This document shows, one piece after another, positions 1 through 11,727 of a stretch of DNA of 64,000 nt. Numbering within the stretch: position 1 is the first letter of the stretch; each line of letters starts with the position of its first letter. The notes beneath the pieces are model-generated. The model was not told the DNA's origin, did not search any database, and worked only from the letters and a program-made list of their open reading frames with translations. A program made the position numbers and the translations under genes. The DNA comes from Calcarisporiella thermophila CBS 279.70 (lineage: Eukaryota; Fungi; Calcarisporiellomycota), in assembly GCF_041956535.1 (NCBI RefSeq), contig NW_027192196.1, forward strand, positions 675,823-739,822. The letters run 5' to 3'.

Positions 1-36
1 AGTACACATTTTACAAATGCGTGTCCGTACAACAGC

Positions 37-777
37 TTAGATAAATTGAGTAGATATAACCAGCGTTAGCAGCAAAATGACCAGTTCCATGTAATATAGC
101 GTCGGAGGATTCGCCGCTCCACTAAAGATAGATGGAGGGGAGCTTCTTGTCGGAGTGGTCAGAGGATTAAACGAGGAGATTGTCCCTATGCTAGTTAGAC
201 TTGAGGTGCGATTGGGAGGGTTCCTGGCCCCACAACGCTGAGAAGGGCAGCGGTTATAGCATTCGGCGTTCCCAGGTGGACAGTTTTGGATACATTGTTG
301 CTGTTCATACGTGCAAATAAAATAGGGAATTGTCTATTAAAAAAAAAACAAAATTAGAATGATAACTCTGTATCAACATGAAACTGGAATGCTCATTCGA
401 GTTTTATCCCAACCTGTGTATATTCTAATGCATACAATACATCGTTAGCTTTGCGTAAATGAAAAAAAAGTTCAACAATGTTTACCTGACGAGTTAGGAG
501 ACAAATTGTTAGAACAGATGCACCGATAATCGAGTGACTCTGGATTGCAGGTATTTACTTGAACATCAAACCCTCCATCCAGGCATATATTTTGGCAAGT
601 TGATGTCTGAAGGATACACCATTGAGTTTTTATTCTTATATCTACAGTGCTGACTGTAAATCATAAAAAATACGGCCATGTTAGCTCTGCTTGTTTGCAT
701 ATGTTAAGGGAAAAGAGATCTTTACCATCAAATGCTAGAACGTAACAAAAGAAAATAAATATCGCAGGTAGCTTCAT
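37..777 (-). CDS. Secreted Cys-rich, probably GPI-anchored cell-surface protein of a conserved fungal family (possibly DUF7707); 4 exons including an 11-nt microexon
   Basis: Manual splice gives MKLPAIFIFFCYVLAFD|VSTVDIRIKTQWCILQTSTCQNICLD..NTCNPESLDYRCICSNNLSPNSS|EYTQ|TIPYFICTYEQQQCIQNC..., then an S/T-rich linker and hydrophobic tail (ELVILLLTLVISTQFI*). All introns are GT-AG. Confidence 0.75.
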
Positions 778-1264
778 TTTTTATAAACTGACTAAAAAAA
801 AGGAGAGTAAGGAGATGCATTGGAGGATGCTGCTTTAAATATTTTTAGATTTAGAATTGTTTGCCACCTTGTTAGAGTTCAATTATTTTTATCCATTCCC
901 TAAGAAAAATGGATTTGCAATAGCAAATATAAATAGATGAGATTATGTGACAAGTTCTATCCGTAACAAAGTGTGAAATTATGCTCCTCATATATCGTAG
1001 TATAATAGAGCGGACATTGGTCATGATTAACGTGCTATCAAGAAACTACATATAAATATCATGATCAGTTGTTACCCAGCAAAATTTCTGGGAGGGCATT
1101 TTCTGAACTCTTTAAGCGTGTGCTGCTGGAAATGAGATATTATTGTTCCGTAAGGGCATATACTACAGTTTGATATCAGCCCAGGTAAAATATGCGAAGA
1201 AAATAGATAATAAAACAAGAAAGAAAAATCAAAATTCAAAAAAGCATTGCCTAGAAAAGAAAAA

Positions 1265-1555
1265 TCAAATCTTCATACGCTTTCTACTTTCTCCATCTTC
1301 TGCATTGCATGTGTTCTCCTCTGATTCTTCCTCTTCTTCGAAATCGGCCTCCTCTTCGTCACTAATTTCAATATCGTCTTGATTACCCTTTAAGATCGCT
1401 GTCAAGTGCGCGTTGATATCTCCTTGGAGCTGTGAGAGTGACTGAGCCAATGCCGAAAGGAAGGGCTTATGCTGTCCTGCTTCTTCAGATATTGGCAGGT
1501 TAAATTCTTTTGCGGGAGTGCCGCTGACCGTGTATACTGCTTCGAGGCGGGACAT
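1265..1555 (-). CDS. GON7: KEOPS/EKC complex subunit Gon7 (t6A tRNA modification)
   Basis: About 96 aa from MSRLEAVY. Contains LSALAQSLSQLQGDINAHLT, matching the Gon7 LQdxINxxLT helix, followed by an acidic tail. Confidence 0.7.
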   Translation of the reverse strand: MSRLEAVYTVSGTPAKEFNLPISEEAGQHKPFLSALAQSLSQLQGDINAHLTAILKGNQDDIEISDEEEADFEEEEESEENTCNAEDGESRKRMKI

Positions 1556-1755
1556 TGCTTTAGCTAAAGTCAAATATTATTGACAATTTTTGCTTCAGCC
1601 ATTCACTCATTGCCACGATTGTGTGGCTTATTCTAATAGTTTTATTTCCTATTTTGTTCATCATTTTAGCAATGGAGGGGGTCAAGAGCCTATATATTTC
1701 CACCCGATACACTGTTCTTTGCCTAAATTATTTTATTTTGCACTGAGCTGTGAGA

Positions 1756-3454
1756 ATGAGAGGCGTATTTATCAAATACCTATTGCTGTCACTGATTGCT
1801 GTTCAATCGTCTTATGCTCTCTATGGTAGCCGCGACCATGTGATAGAGGTGGACCACAAGAACTTCGACGCAGAGGTTATGAAGAACGACGTAAATTTGG
1901 TTCATTGTTTCGGTCAAATAAGGAGATGGATTAACAGGATATACTATATACATCCAGCGATTGGCCATCGTTGAGTTCTATGCCCCCTGGTGTGGATATT
2001 GTAAACAGTAAGTTCTTACGGGTTCATTCAAAATTCTTCCGGGCTGAGATATTAATATATTTTTTTTTTTTTCGGGTAGACTTGCGCCAGAATACAAGAA
2101 AGTGGCCGAGAATCTTAAGGGCCTCGTTAAGGTTGTTGCCGTTAACTGTGATGATGAATCCAACCGCCCAATTTGTGGAAGGCATGGTGTTCAGGGTATT
2201 TTGTGTTATATATTTACATGTCGCGTTCCCATTTCTGACTGTTTTGTTGTCGCTTCTATTGTTCACTTTCAGGCTTCCCAACCATCAAAGTATTTAAGCC
2301 CGATGTGAAAAATCCGGACAAGCCAAAGATTCCCTATGGTATGATGTTATGATTCAGCAAGTTATCTGTTTAGCGATTCTAATTCCAAATCTATTTTAAT
2401 ACTTCAGATTACCAAGGCCAACGCACTGCTAAACCTATAGTGGATTATCTCCTTACCAAAATGCCTTCTTACGTCCAAAGAGTGCGAGAACAGAACTCAG
2501 ATAGGGCTATCTCGCTAGAAGAATTTTATAAAAAAGAGGTTGGTCATATCCACGATGCTGTTATCCGGCATTGCCTCATCTCCTCACCGCGTATATTGCT
2601 TGCATTTCAGAACACAACTCTCTCAAAAGCTTTGCTATTTACTACCAAAGACCGGACCACGCCGCTTTATAAAGGACTTTCAGCTGAATTCAAAGATCGC
2701 ATACTACTAGGTGAGGTGGTGAGTACCGAGCGAGAAGTAGTGGCCAAACTCGGTGTGGAGAAGTTCCCAACATTACTTGTGTTCCCCAAGGGGAAGGACG
2801 GAGAAGTGGTCACCTATGATGGTAAGTGAGACTCTTTATCTGAGTTTCGTTGGATTTTCCTTCTTAATCCTAAGTTATATTTTGCTGACAGGAAAACTTA
2901 ATTACGAGTCGCTTCACGAATTCCTCAGCAAATATGCTCTCCCCGCAAAAATAACAAAGAAATCGGAAGACTCGTCCTCTAAACGTCCTGAATCGACACC
3001 GAAAGCTGAACCATTTAACCCGGAGATTGGGCAGATACGCACTCAAAAGGAACTCGAGTCGGAATGTCTTTCTAAGACGGGAATTTGTATATTTACTTTT
3101 CTGAATATGGTGGAGGAGGATCCTATCGCTAAAAAAACTGGTGAGGAAGCTCTTTCTTTACTTCGCGAGCTCAAGGAGCATCATCACAAAAAAGGGTCTC
3201 CGTTCCGGTTCGCCTGGATGGATGCACAACAGGAAGCTGTTCGCGATTTCATGAAGGACTTCGACGTTGTTGCAGATTATCCCTCTATGCTGGCATTAAA
3301 TCCAAATCGTCGTGGATACAGAAACTTTTTGGGGGCTTTTGAGAAGGTACCTGTTGAAAGATTTTTGGATGAGATTATCAGCGGGCGAGGCAGAGTAGTT
3401 GGATATCAGTTTGAACCGAAATTAAGCGGCAAAAAGGTGAGAGATGAGCTCTAG
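1756..3454 (+). CDS. ER protein disulfide isomerase (Mpd1/PDIA6-like), multi-exon
   Basis: Signal peptide; thioredoxin domain VEFYAPWCGYCK..GVQGFPTIKVF; further thioredoxin-like folds; C-terminal RDEL. Confidence 0.9.
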
Positions 3455-3859
3455 GGACAGCAATAGAGCGACAAATAGGAGTATGAAGAGGCGTTTTAGG
3501 TTTGGAGAATGCATATGTTGATGAAAAAGAATGTTATATGCTGTAATATATTTGGTGCTGGATAACCTATAGATATAACTCTGTTATTATTTGGATTCTA
3601 AACTACTGGAATTTAATTGGAATGGGGGTGGATAGCAAATCTCTATATGTAGAGCACTAGTTGAATCTGTCAAACTCTTTAAAACTCTTACTGCCCTATA
3701 TCATCGTTGGATTTATCCGCCTTGATTTCTTTAAGCATTTTTACCCGAGAGCAAATGCAACACTTGAAGTTTCGTGTCACTGGGTTAATATAAGCCACAA
3801 TTCAAGCTACTCACAATTCTTTTTTATAGAATATTTGGAGTTTATTGGCATATATCCAA

Positions 3860-4740
3860 ATGGTAGAACCCCCTCTCACTTCCCTCTCCCTCACTCACAT
3901 CCAGTTTGTTGCGCATGACAGCATTGCTCATGTGTTTGCCTATGTGACATTGCTTCCTCTTGCGATTATAGTCGCTTATGCATCTGTTATTGCAGCACGC
4001 CGTGAAATTGCCCCCTTTTTTGCGCTTGTGGGACAGCTAGCAAATGAAGGGCTTAATGCATTGCTAAAGCAATGGATAAAGCAAGAGCGGCCAACTCGTA
4101 AGTGTCTTATATATTATTAAAATTTCGTTTGAATTTATTTTAAACATTATCAAAATAGAATTGGCTAAAGGATATGGAATGCCATCGAGCCATGCGCAAT
4201 TCATGGCATTTTTTGCTATGTACATTGCGATTTATACCTATTCATTGTAACTAATGTAAAGGTTTCCGACAATCTGGAAAGCTCATCTAATTCGTCTGTT
4301 TTATTTTAACTTGTTAGCATCACTTTTAAACATTCTATCTGGAAGCACTTCATCTTCACATCATTAACAGCAATAGCTGCAATGGTTTCTTACTCCAGGT
4401 TGGCCTTTTTTTTTCTTTATTTATAGATTTATTGAAACTGGACTGATTTTATTTTTATGTTATTTTTTATAGAATATATCTCAATTATCATACCACTGAG
4501 CAAGTCCTTATCGGAGCACTCGTAGGCAGCCTCTTTGCTATTATGTGGAACTTCCTGATTGAGAAGATAGTGCGCCCTTGCGGTCTTGTACGCTGGGCAT
4601 TAGAGCTTCCGATCGCGCATTGGTTGAGCGTGAGAGATTCAAGAGACATCCCTGATGTATGCGCCTGGGAGTGGGAGAATTGGAGGCATTGGGATAAAAT
4701 TTCAAAAGAAAAAGCCCAAAAATTTGGGAAAGAAGAATGA
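3860..4740 (+). CDS. CAX4: Dolichyl pyrophosphate phosphatase (PAP2 family, Cax4/DOLPP1), 4 exons
   Basis: LTSLSLTHIQF N-terminus. PAP2 motifs KQWIKQERP, GYGMPSSHAQF and SRIYLNYHTTEQV assemble across GT-AG introns. Confidence 0.92.
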
Positions 4741-5201
4741 AAGGGGGATGATAGAAGAATTAGAACCTCTTTAATTAGGAATGTGTGTACTTGCTTTAGA
4801 GATAATAAACATTAAGTTATTTATTCCTGCCTTTCCCCGGATATATACAATTTTTAACGTATCAACTCCAATTAAAAAATATTGAAATTTAGATTCAGCG
4901 CGCATTTGGTAAAGAGCGACGCGTAACTAATGAATTTTTATTCTGAAACTCGGTTTATTGAATATTTCGCTGGCCAGTTTGTCTTCCAGCGCTACTATTC
5001 TTTGTCTCATTCATGTTATTTTAACACGCTTTACGTGGAGGTACTTGCTGCTGTTCTAAGAAATTAAATATAAATGTAGGTTTGAATTCTGGCTTGCTAA
5101 TTACGAGTCCTGGTGGCAATGGCTCGAGAGATATTTAGATAATTTATTTAGTTTCATAGCATTATTTATCATCCCTCCCCGTTGCAACTTATGGAGTGAT
5201 C

Positions 5202-7455
5202 ATGATTGTTTTTTTATTTGTGCGAAATCTCTGGTAAGGCTTTAGACTCATTATCATACGGCTAACATTACTCATGGAAATTGTTCCAGTTGGCTTCTGG
5301 GGCTTTACAATTCGATAAAAGCGCTTCGAACAGGCCGTTCACGTGTAGTGAAAAACTGGGTCATTTATTGGGTGTCTATGTTCTTTTTCGATGTAGCACG
5401 TCAGATTGCAGATGTTGCCATCGGATGGTAGGCAGTTTTTTGCTTGTTTCGCGTCGTGATGTTTTCTCTTTATGTTGGTTTGTAATGTGTAGGTTCCCAT
5501 TTTACGGAAACGCGCGATTACTTGTAATGATATGGATATTATTGGCGCAGACAAAAGTGAATAGCCTTTATTATCATGTTTGCTTCCTAGAATTTTTCTA
5601 CTAATTTCGTATTCGTATAGGCGACCAAACTTTTATTTGCTCAATTTGTTAAGCCGCTCTTCTCTCGTCGCGAAAAATACATTGATGAAATATTGGATAT
5701 ATTGGCCGCTATATTTGATATAGTGAGTGCATAGATGTATGGTTTTTACTGGAGCTACTAAACCCTTGCCATCTTTTATAGTATCATTTAGTGCGCGTTG
5801 TAAATATACTCAAGGGATTTATCCTTTGTATGGCGAATAGGCTCCGCGAACTAGCGCGTCGGCGCAAAGAAGATCCATCGTTTACTTCTCCCTTTGGCAA
5901 TCGAGCTCACCGAAATATTTCAGTTCCAGAAAACCCAGACAGGTTTACAAACGGAAGGAAATCCACTCAACCCACAAGAGATTATCTTAATACTCGCCAA
6001 AGCTTTGCTGGCAAAACTCAAGCGAAACCTACAATGATCAATGGTTACTCACCGCATTTTTCGCTAGTAAAAAATTCAAGGCAAGAGGGATCGTTTGAAC
6101 ATGTAGATGCTCCGACTCCTACCACAATGCGTGTTCCAGGGGCCTTCTATCCTCGACTTGAATTGGTTAATTCTCACAGTTATACTCCCGCAAGTACAAA
6201 AAACAAGGAATTGGGGTTAATGGAGGGTATCGGTGTAACTACGCAAAGCAAGGAAGAAATCAGGCTAAAGGAAGATGGGACACGAAGTCGAGTGAAGAAT
6301 TTAGCCCGAAGATTCGATGATGCTGCCAGTGAAAAATGGCAGATTCCAAAGGAGCTTTTCTCGACTAGCGCGCCCAACAATTTTACAAAGGATATTGGGA
6401 GTGCTCAACGGCATAGGTGGGAGTCTCAAACTTCCACTCTTAATACCGAATATCCTGCTGGTCTCTCCACTCAAACCGCAAAAAAGAAAGATGCAAACGA
6501 AACGATCTTGGAGTCGATGGATATCGATATGGCTCATTCTATCAGAACACGTAGGAATAACGAGAAGACCGTAGTGAAGCCTTCACTCAACCAGAGTTTG
6601 CAGATGTCAAAGAGAGAAACGAGTGTGAAAGGGGTAATCGATTTGAAAGAGACGATCAATCCAGCAATCGTAGTGGGTAGCTCTCGGTCACGTGCTAGGA
6701 AGGCCGTGTCTTCTAGCGGAAAGTCTGTGTCAGTGAACCACTTTGACGCGGAAAGAAAGAATATGTCTACAACCGGAGCTTTAGTTGAAGAGAGAAATGA
6801 TATCAATTCAAAAGATTCATCCGAAACAAACATGAGTGACTTGGAGAAAACAGCCGACCCTGGACCAAGTTTGCGGACACGAAATAGAGTGATATCACAC
6901 AAGACGCAGTCGTCTAGTGTGCTCAGTTCTTCGGATTCCTCCTTGAACGGTGAAGCCGAATCTAAATCTACGAGGTCGTCTAGATCTAGCAAATGGACAT
7001 CGATCAAGGCAGATACAAGGAAACACTTAGTCATAAACTCGACTAAGAGCAATGCGAGACTATCCGCAAAGAACGAGGTTACGTCCAAAGTCATAGCAAA
7101 AAGGGCAACCCTACAAAAAGAGGTGGGTGGCTCTGGTATAACAGGAGTATCGAGTAGAAATAGAGAGCAAGAGAGTGCGGATAAAAATGAATCCGCTGAT
7201 GTTGCTATCAAAAAACGAAAACAAAAAGATATTCCTTTGCCCACACGAAGATCAGTATTAATCACGCAACGACGTCGTTCTACTCGTCTTAGGGCTGCTG
7301 CAGCTTCGAATATGAGTGGAGATAAAAAGGATAATGGTGATAGGATTACTTCTCCTAAGCGTTCGAGGCCGACGGATGGATTCAGAGAACGCTCGCGTGA
7401 ACCAAAGAAATCCCGTATACGAGAAAGAAGCATGGGGATAAAAGATAATTCTTAA
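5202..7455 (+). CDS. TB2/DP1/HVA22 (REEP-like) ER-shaping protein with a long basic disordered C-terminal tail
   Basis: Spliced N-terminus MIVFLFVRNLCWLLGLYNSIKAL..KNWVIYWVSMFFF..IGWFPFYGNARLLVMIWILLAQTKATKLLFAQFVKPLFSRREKYIDE joins in frame to the 5791-7455 ORF. Confidence 0.8.
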
Positions 7456-7680
7456 AATACTTTTTTTTCTTTTTGTAATATTCACTTTCTGCTTGTAGTT
7501 TGTACAGACATTACTCGTTTATTTTCTTTCATAATTTTCTGAGGCGAGATTTTTGGTTTCGATTTTGCAGTTTATGGCATCAACCCAATTTAGGGTAATG
7601 AGAACAGTAAACAAAGTCACAATTTACAATATACCTGGTACTCTATTACTCTTAGTTAGCCGTTTCTTTTTCCTTCAAAC

Positions 7681-8965
7681 ATGGCAGTCAAAAAGAAATC
7701 AGTTCAGTCTAAAAACAGCAATACAGAAAGCAAGAAGTCCAACTCAGAGAAGCCGGCTGGTAAGGTAGCAAAGAAGGAGAGCAAGAAACCTGCAACGAAA
7801 GCAATAGAAGAAGCAGATCCGGAAGTAGAGAGTGAAGAAGAGAGAATTGTGGAAGAAGATAATGAAGATGTATCCAGCGATAACAACGAAGAGGAGAATG
7901 AGGAGGATGGGGAGGATGGGGAGGATGGGGAGGATGAGGAGGATCTCGAGGATGTCCCGCTTGAGGATCTGTCGGAGGACGATCTTGAGGAAGGAGATAT
8001 AGTCACAACCCAGAGAATAACCATCAACAATAAAGTATTATCCTGCATGATCTGCTTTGCACCTTTTCTTTTGCTAAAGTTTTACTCTTTTTCTTCGAAT
8101 TTAGCAAGCGATGCTGCGTATTCTTGAAGGCTTTAAACTGGATTTGCCTTGGATCGAAACTTTATCTTTGACAACAGAGGAGCCGGTGGCCATCGCTGAT
8201 GTACATAATGATTTAGAACGGGAGCTAGCATTGTGGGTTATGGCATTCTTTCTCAAAAACATTCTTTCTGCTTATTCATGCTTTCATAATCCAATAGTTA
8301 TCAGCAGGGATTAAATTCAGCACTTGAAGGTCGTAAAAGGATAATTGCTGCAGGCGTGCCCTTTAGCCGGCCTGACGACTATTTTGCAGAGATGGTGAAA
8401 TCCGACGAGCATATGGAGAAGGTAATATCTATTAGCTAGGATTGGGAGGAGGTGGCCACCTTTCGCACAGTTCCTGATTTTTTTGGTCTTGGATTTCCAG
8501 GTTCGGCAACGCCTGCTTAACGAATCGGCTTCGATTAAGGCATCTGAAGATGCACGCAAGCAGCGCGAACTCAAGAAGTTTGGCAAGAAGGTGCAAATGG
8601 ACAAGCTTCAAGAACGCCAGAAGAAGAAGGCCGAAGAGCTCGAGAAGATCAAAGCCCTTAAACGGAAGCGAAAAGATGGCGAAAGTGGTTTCGGAGACGA
8701 TGATCTGTTTGATATCGAACTTGATGATGATGAGGATGCCGGGGCAAGAAAGAAGCAGAAGCAATCGGACAGGCGCGGCGGTGATAAAAAGAATATGAAG
8801 CGTGCACGCCGGGACGCTAAGTATGGATTTGGAGGGAAGAAGCGGCACGCTAAGTCGAATACAGCCGAATCAAGTGGAGACGTATCGGGCTTTAGCAACA
8901 AGGGCGGCAAACGAAAGGCAACGAGGCCGGGCAAGGCACGCAGAGCGCGTCGGGGTCGGAGTTGA
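7681..8965 (+). CDS. EBP2: rRNA-processing protein Ebp2
   Basis: LPWIETL, DLERELAFYQQ, PFSRPDDYFAEMVKSDEHMEKVRQRL, RELKKFGKKVQ and KYGFGGKKR motifs across 4 exons. Confidence 0.95.
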
Positions 8966-9348
8966 AGTTATATTTAGGACTTGAGAACTCTTTCTACGCT
9001 ATTCTATCATCTTTCTGTTTAAAACAATAAAACCCGATTATTTTGTAGAGTATAGCAGTGGCTGGTGTCTGAGTGGGATAAAAAAGGGAGGATGCTGCAA
9101 TATTAGGCGACAATGCTTCGAAAATATGCTCTTGGAATTGAAAACGTATTCCTTTCCAAAACTATTTAATATTATTTACAAAGTCCGAACCAGAGGGATA
9201 CGTAGTGTTCTATCTTCTTCTTTTCCCGAGCTGACAGTGACATTGCAGCATTCTTTTTACGTCTCTTCCATTTTCTCCTCCACCTCTTTCCCTTTTGATC
9301 TCAAATCGTCGTTGCACTCTAATTTTCCAACGGATTCGAACAGTAATA

Positions 9349-9659
9349 ATGGATACGGAATGGTGCCTAAATTGTGAAAAGCACATCCCAGTCTCTCTAA
9401 CTTCCAATGTAATTATACGCAACTTTTATTACAGACTTTTCACAATTACTCAAATCTTCTTCTTTAGAATACGATTTACTGTTCGCCCGAGTGCTGTCGT
9501 GTCGACAAAATAAATGCACAAAATTCCCATAGTGCTCAAGTGGCAAGCGATGTCATCCTTCGGCGTAGGAGGGCGTACGTATCCAATTTGGCATTTCGTA
9601 GACCAGCACCGGTAAAGAGACGCGCAACCAAGTTAAGAGGAATATCGAAGGGAATCTAG
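9349..9659 (+). CDS. Ecl1/2/3-family small zinc-binding protein (chronological lifespan regulator-like), 2 exons
   Basis: MDTEWCLNCEKHIP|NTIYCSPECCRVD: CxxC...YCSxxC..D pattern; intron about 9391-9467; basic tail. Confidence 0.7.
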
Positions 9660-9985
9660 CAAAAAAGTAAAAAACATTAGCTCAATTGCGAGCCCTCAAT
9701 CTCTCCTTCTGTACCGGCATCTTCATTCCCTTATACATATACTCATTTACATATCCCTTCCTTAAAAATGCATTCCTAGTACTCTACTGGAATAAAAATG
9801 TAAATAAAATTTTGCAAAAAAAAAATAAAGACTGATCCATCTTTTTAAGAATCTACCACAAGAACTTTATTCGACATTCAACAATAAAGAAAAATCAATT
9901 AGGAGAGAGGAAGGACACGAATTAATTACAGAAAAGTAGGATGAGACTTACAACAGAGCGAAAATAAAAGAAATGAATTTTTTGA

Positions 9986-11072
9986 TTAAGGGCGATACCA
10001 TTTCTCTCGATCTTTCTCCCCAAGACACTCGGCTACCGTCATCGGCTTAAGCCCCTTAGAAACGGCAAGCTTAAATGCCCAGGGGCCAAGATCATGCGCA
10101 GTGGAGTCATAGGGGTCATGCTGTAGACTAATGTGATGAGAAGTTGAGGAGTTCTGGAGTGCCTTCTCATAAATATCCTTTTGTTGCTCTATATTGGTGG
10201 ATGTCCTATGGTAAACGAGAGGGGTTTAGTGATGATCATGTTAGAAGAAGCGTTTGAAAAAAATAGAATACCAATCCATGGAATCAATATCCCAGTTGAT
10301 AACTTTATAATCCATCATACTGAGCACCCTTAGTGCGCGATCGTCTACTTCGCCATATGGGGGTCTAATGCAAGCTACGGGTAAATATATCCGCAGAGAG
10401 TATTCTTGGATGGTGTAAATTTACCTCATATAGCGTGGTCTTACTCCGATGATCTCTTTCAAAGTTACTTCTAATTGAGACATTTCGCTTCGAATTTGCG
10501 TCTCATTAAGTTTGGTAAGATCGGCATGGGACCAAGTATGGGAGCCTAAGGTTGCGAGATGATGTCAGTAAAATTGGAAACAATCTTCAGTAAGATTCGA
10601 TGCCATTCTTACCGATCAAGTGACCAGTCCGATGAGCTTCACGAAGTACATCGGCATATTTCTCGATCGAATCCCTTTAAAAAAATATAGAATTAATAAT
10701 AAAATAAATGGGTCGAGCACTGTGCCCGAGAGTAAATTCCGAATAAGGACATATGAATCGATGAAGATCGGAAAAGCTTAAAAAATCTATATGGAATATA
10801 TACCAGTTCTGACCGCACACGAAGAAAGTAGCCTTGAGATTATTCTCATTCAACCATTTCACCAAATCGGAAGTGTATTGAAAAGGGCCATCTACACAGG
10901 TGTTTGTGAATACGTATTTGTCTCGAATTAAATTGCTGAAGGATTGGAATTAATTACCATCGAACGTGATGGCTATAGAGCCGGGAACAATGCACTCCGT
11001 GATAACTTTAGCAGGTCCTGCAAGTGCGAATGTAACAAAAGCAAGATGGACTAGAAATAAAATGAGAATCAT
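9986..11072 (-). CDS. Secreted chitin deacetylase (CE4/NodB)
   Basis: Signal peptide; motifs TFDDGP, KATFFV, HTWSH, MRPPYG, DSMDW and HISLQHD across GT-AG introns; ends TVAECLGEKDREKWYRP*. Confidence 0.92.
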
Positions 11073-11727
11073 GTCGAAAAAATGACGAATTTAGATACTG
11101 TGATATTTATAAAAAATATACAGCCAATGGACAGGATTGCTATTATTTAATAATGTGGGGTATATTGCCAGTGCGAAATGGATGGAATTCAGTAAGAACA
11201 AGAGAGAATGAGTGTGAATTGTTAAATGGGTATGTAATATACAACAATGACAGCAAGAGGGGAAGAGGGAAATGGTCAGACAAAATCGCCTGAAATAATT
11301 TTCAAAGTTGGGATTTTCGGGTCCGCGTGAGCAATTTACCATTGAACTCCGAGGTTTCTTTTCTCACTTTTGTCATCCGGTGACGTCTTTGTTCCAGTCT
11401 GATAAGTAGGGGATTAATATTGAGATTTTTCTTTGCCTCTTTTTAATCGCAATCAATAAACTCATAGATAGACCGTGTGGTCCGCTTTTTTTTATTTTTC
11501 TTCTAACTCGCACCCCATTCCCCATTCTCTTTTGTATTCTCCGACTTTTTTCTCTTGGCAGCTATTTGTCTTTGAACCCGCTTTCAAGAATAATTCCTAA
11601 TCCCAAAAAAGTTAAATGTTGTATTAAGTTTTTCTCTTCCGGAATATCATATACTTATCTTTATTATTCTCCTTCTTTTGCTTTATTTCCTTCCTTCTCT
11701 CACAAAGAGCATAATTGCCAGCACATA

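Noticed and set aside
6534-7433. Long antisense ORFs (also 44526-45179, 37757-38296, 49126-49704)
   Set aside because: Shadow frames of low-complexity or charged coding regions on the other strand.
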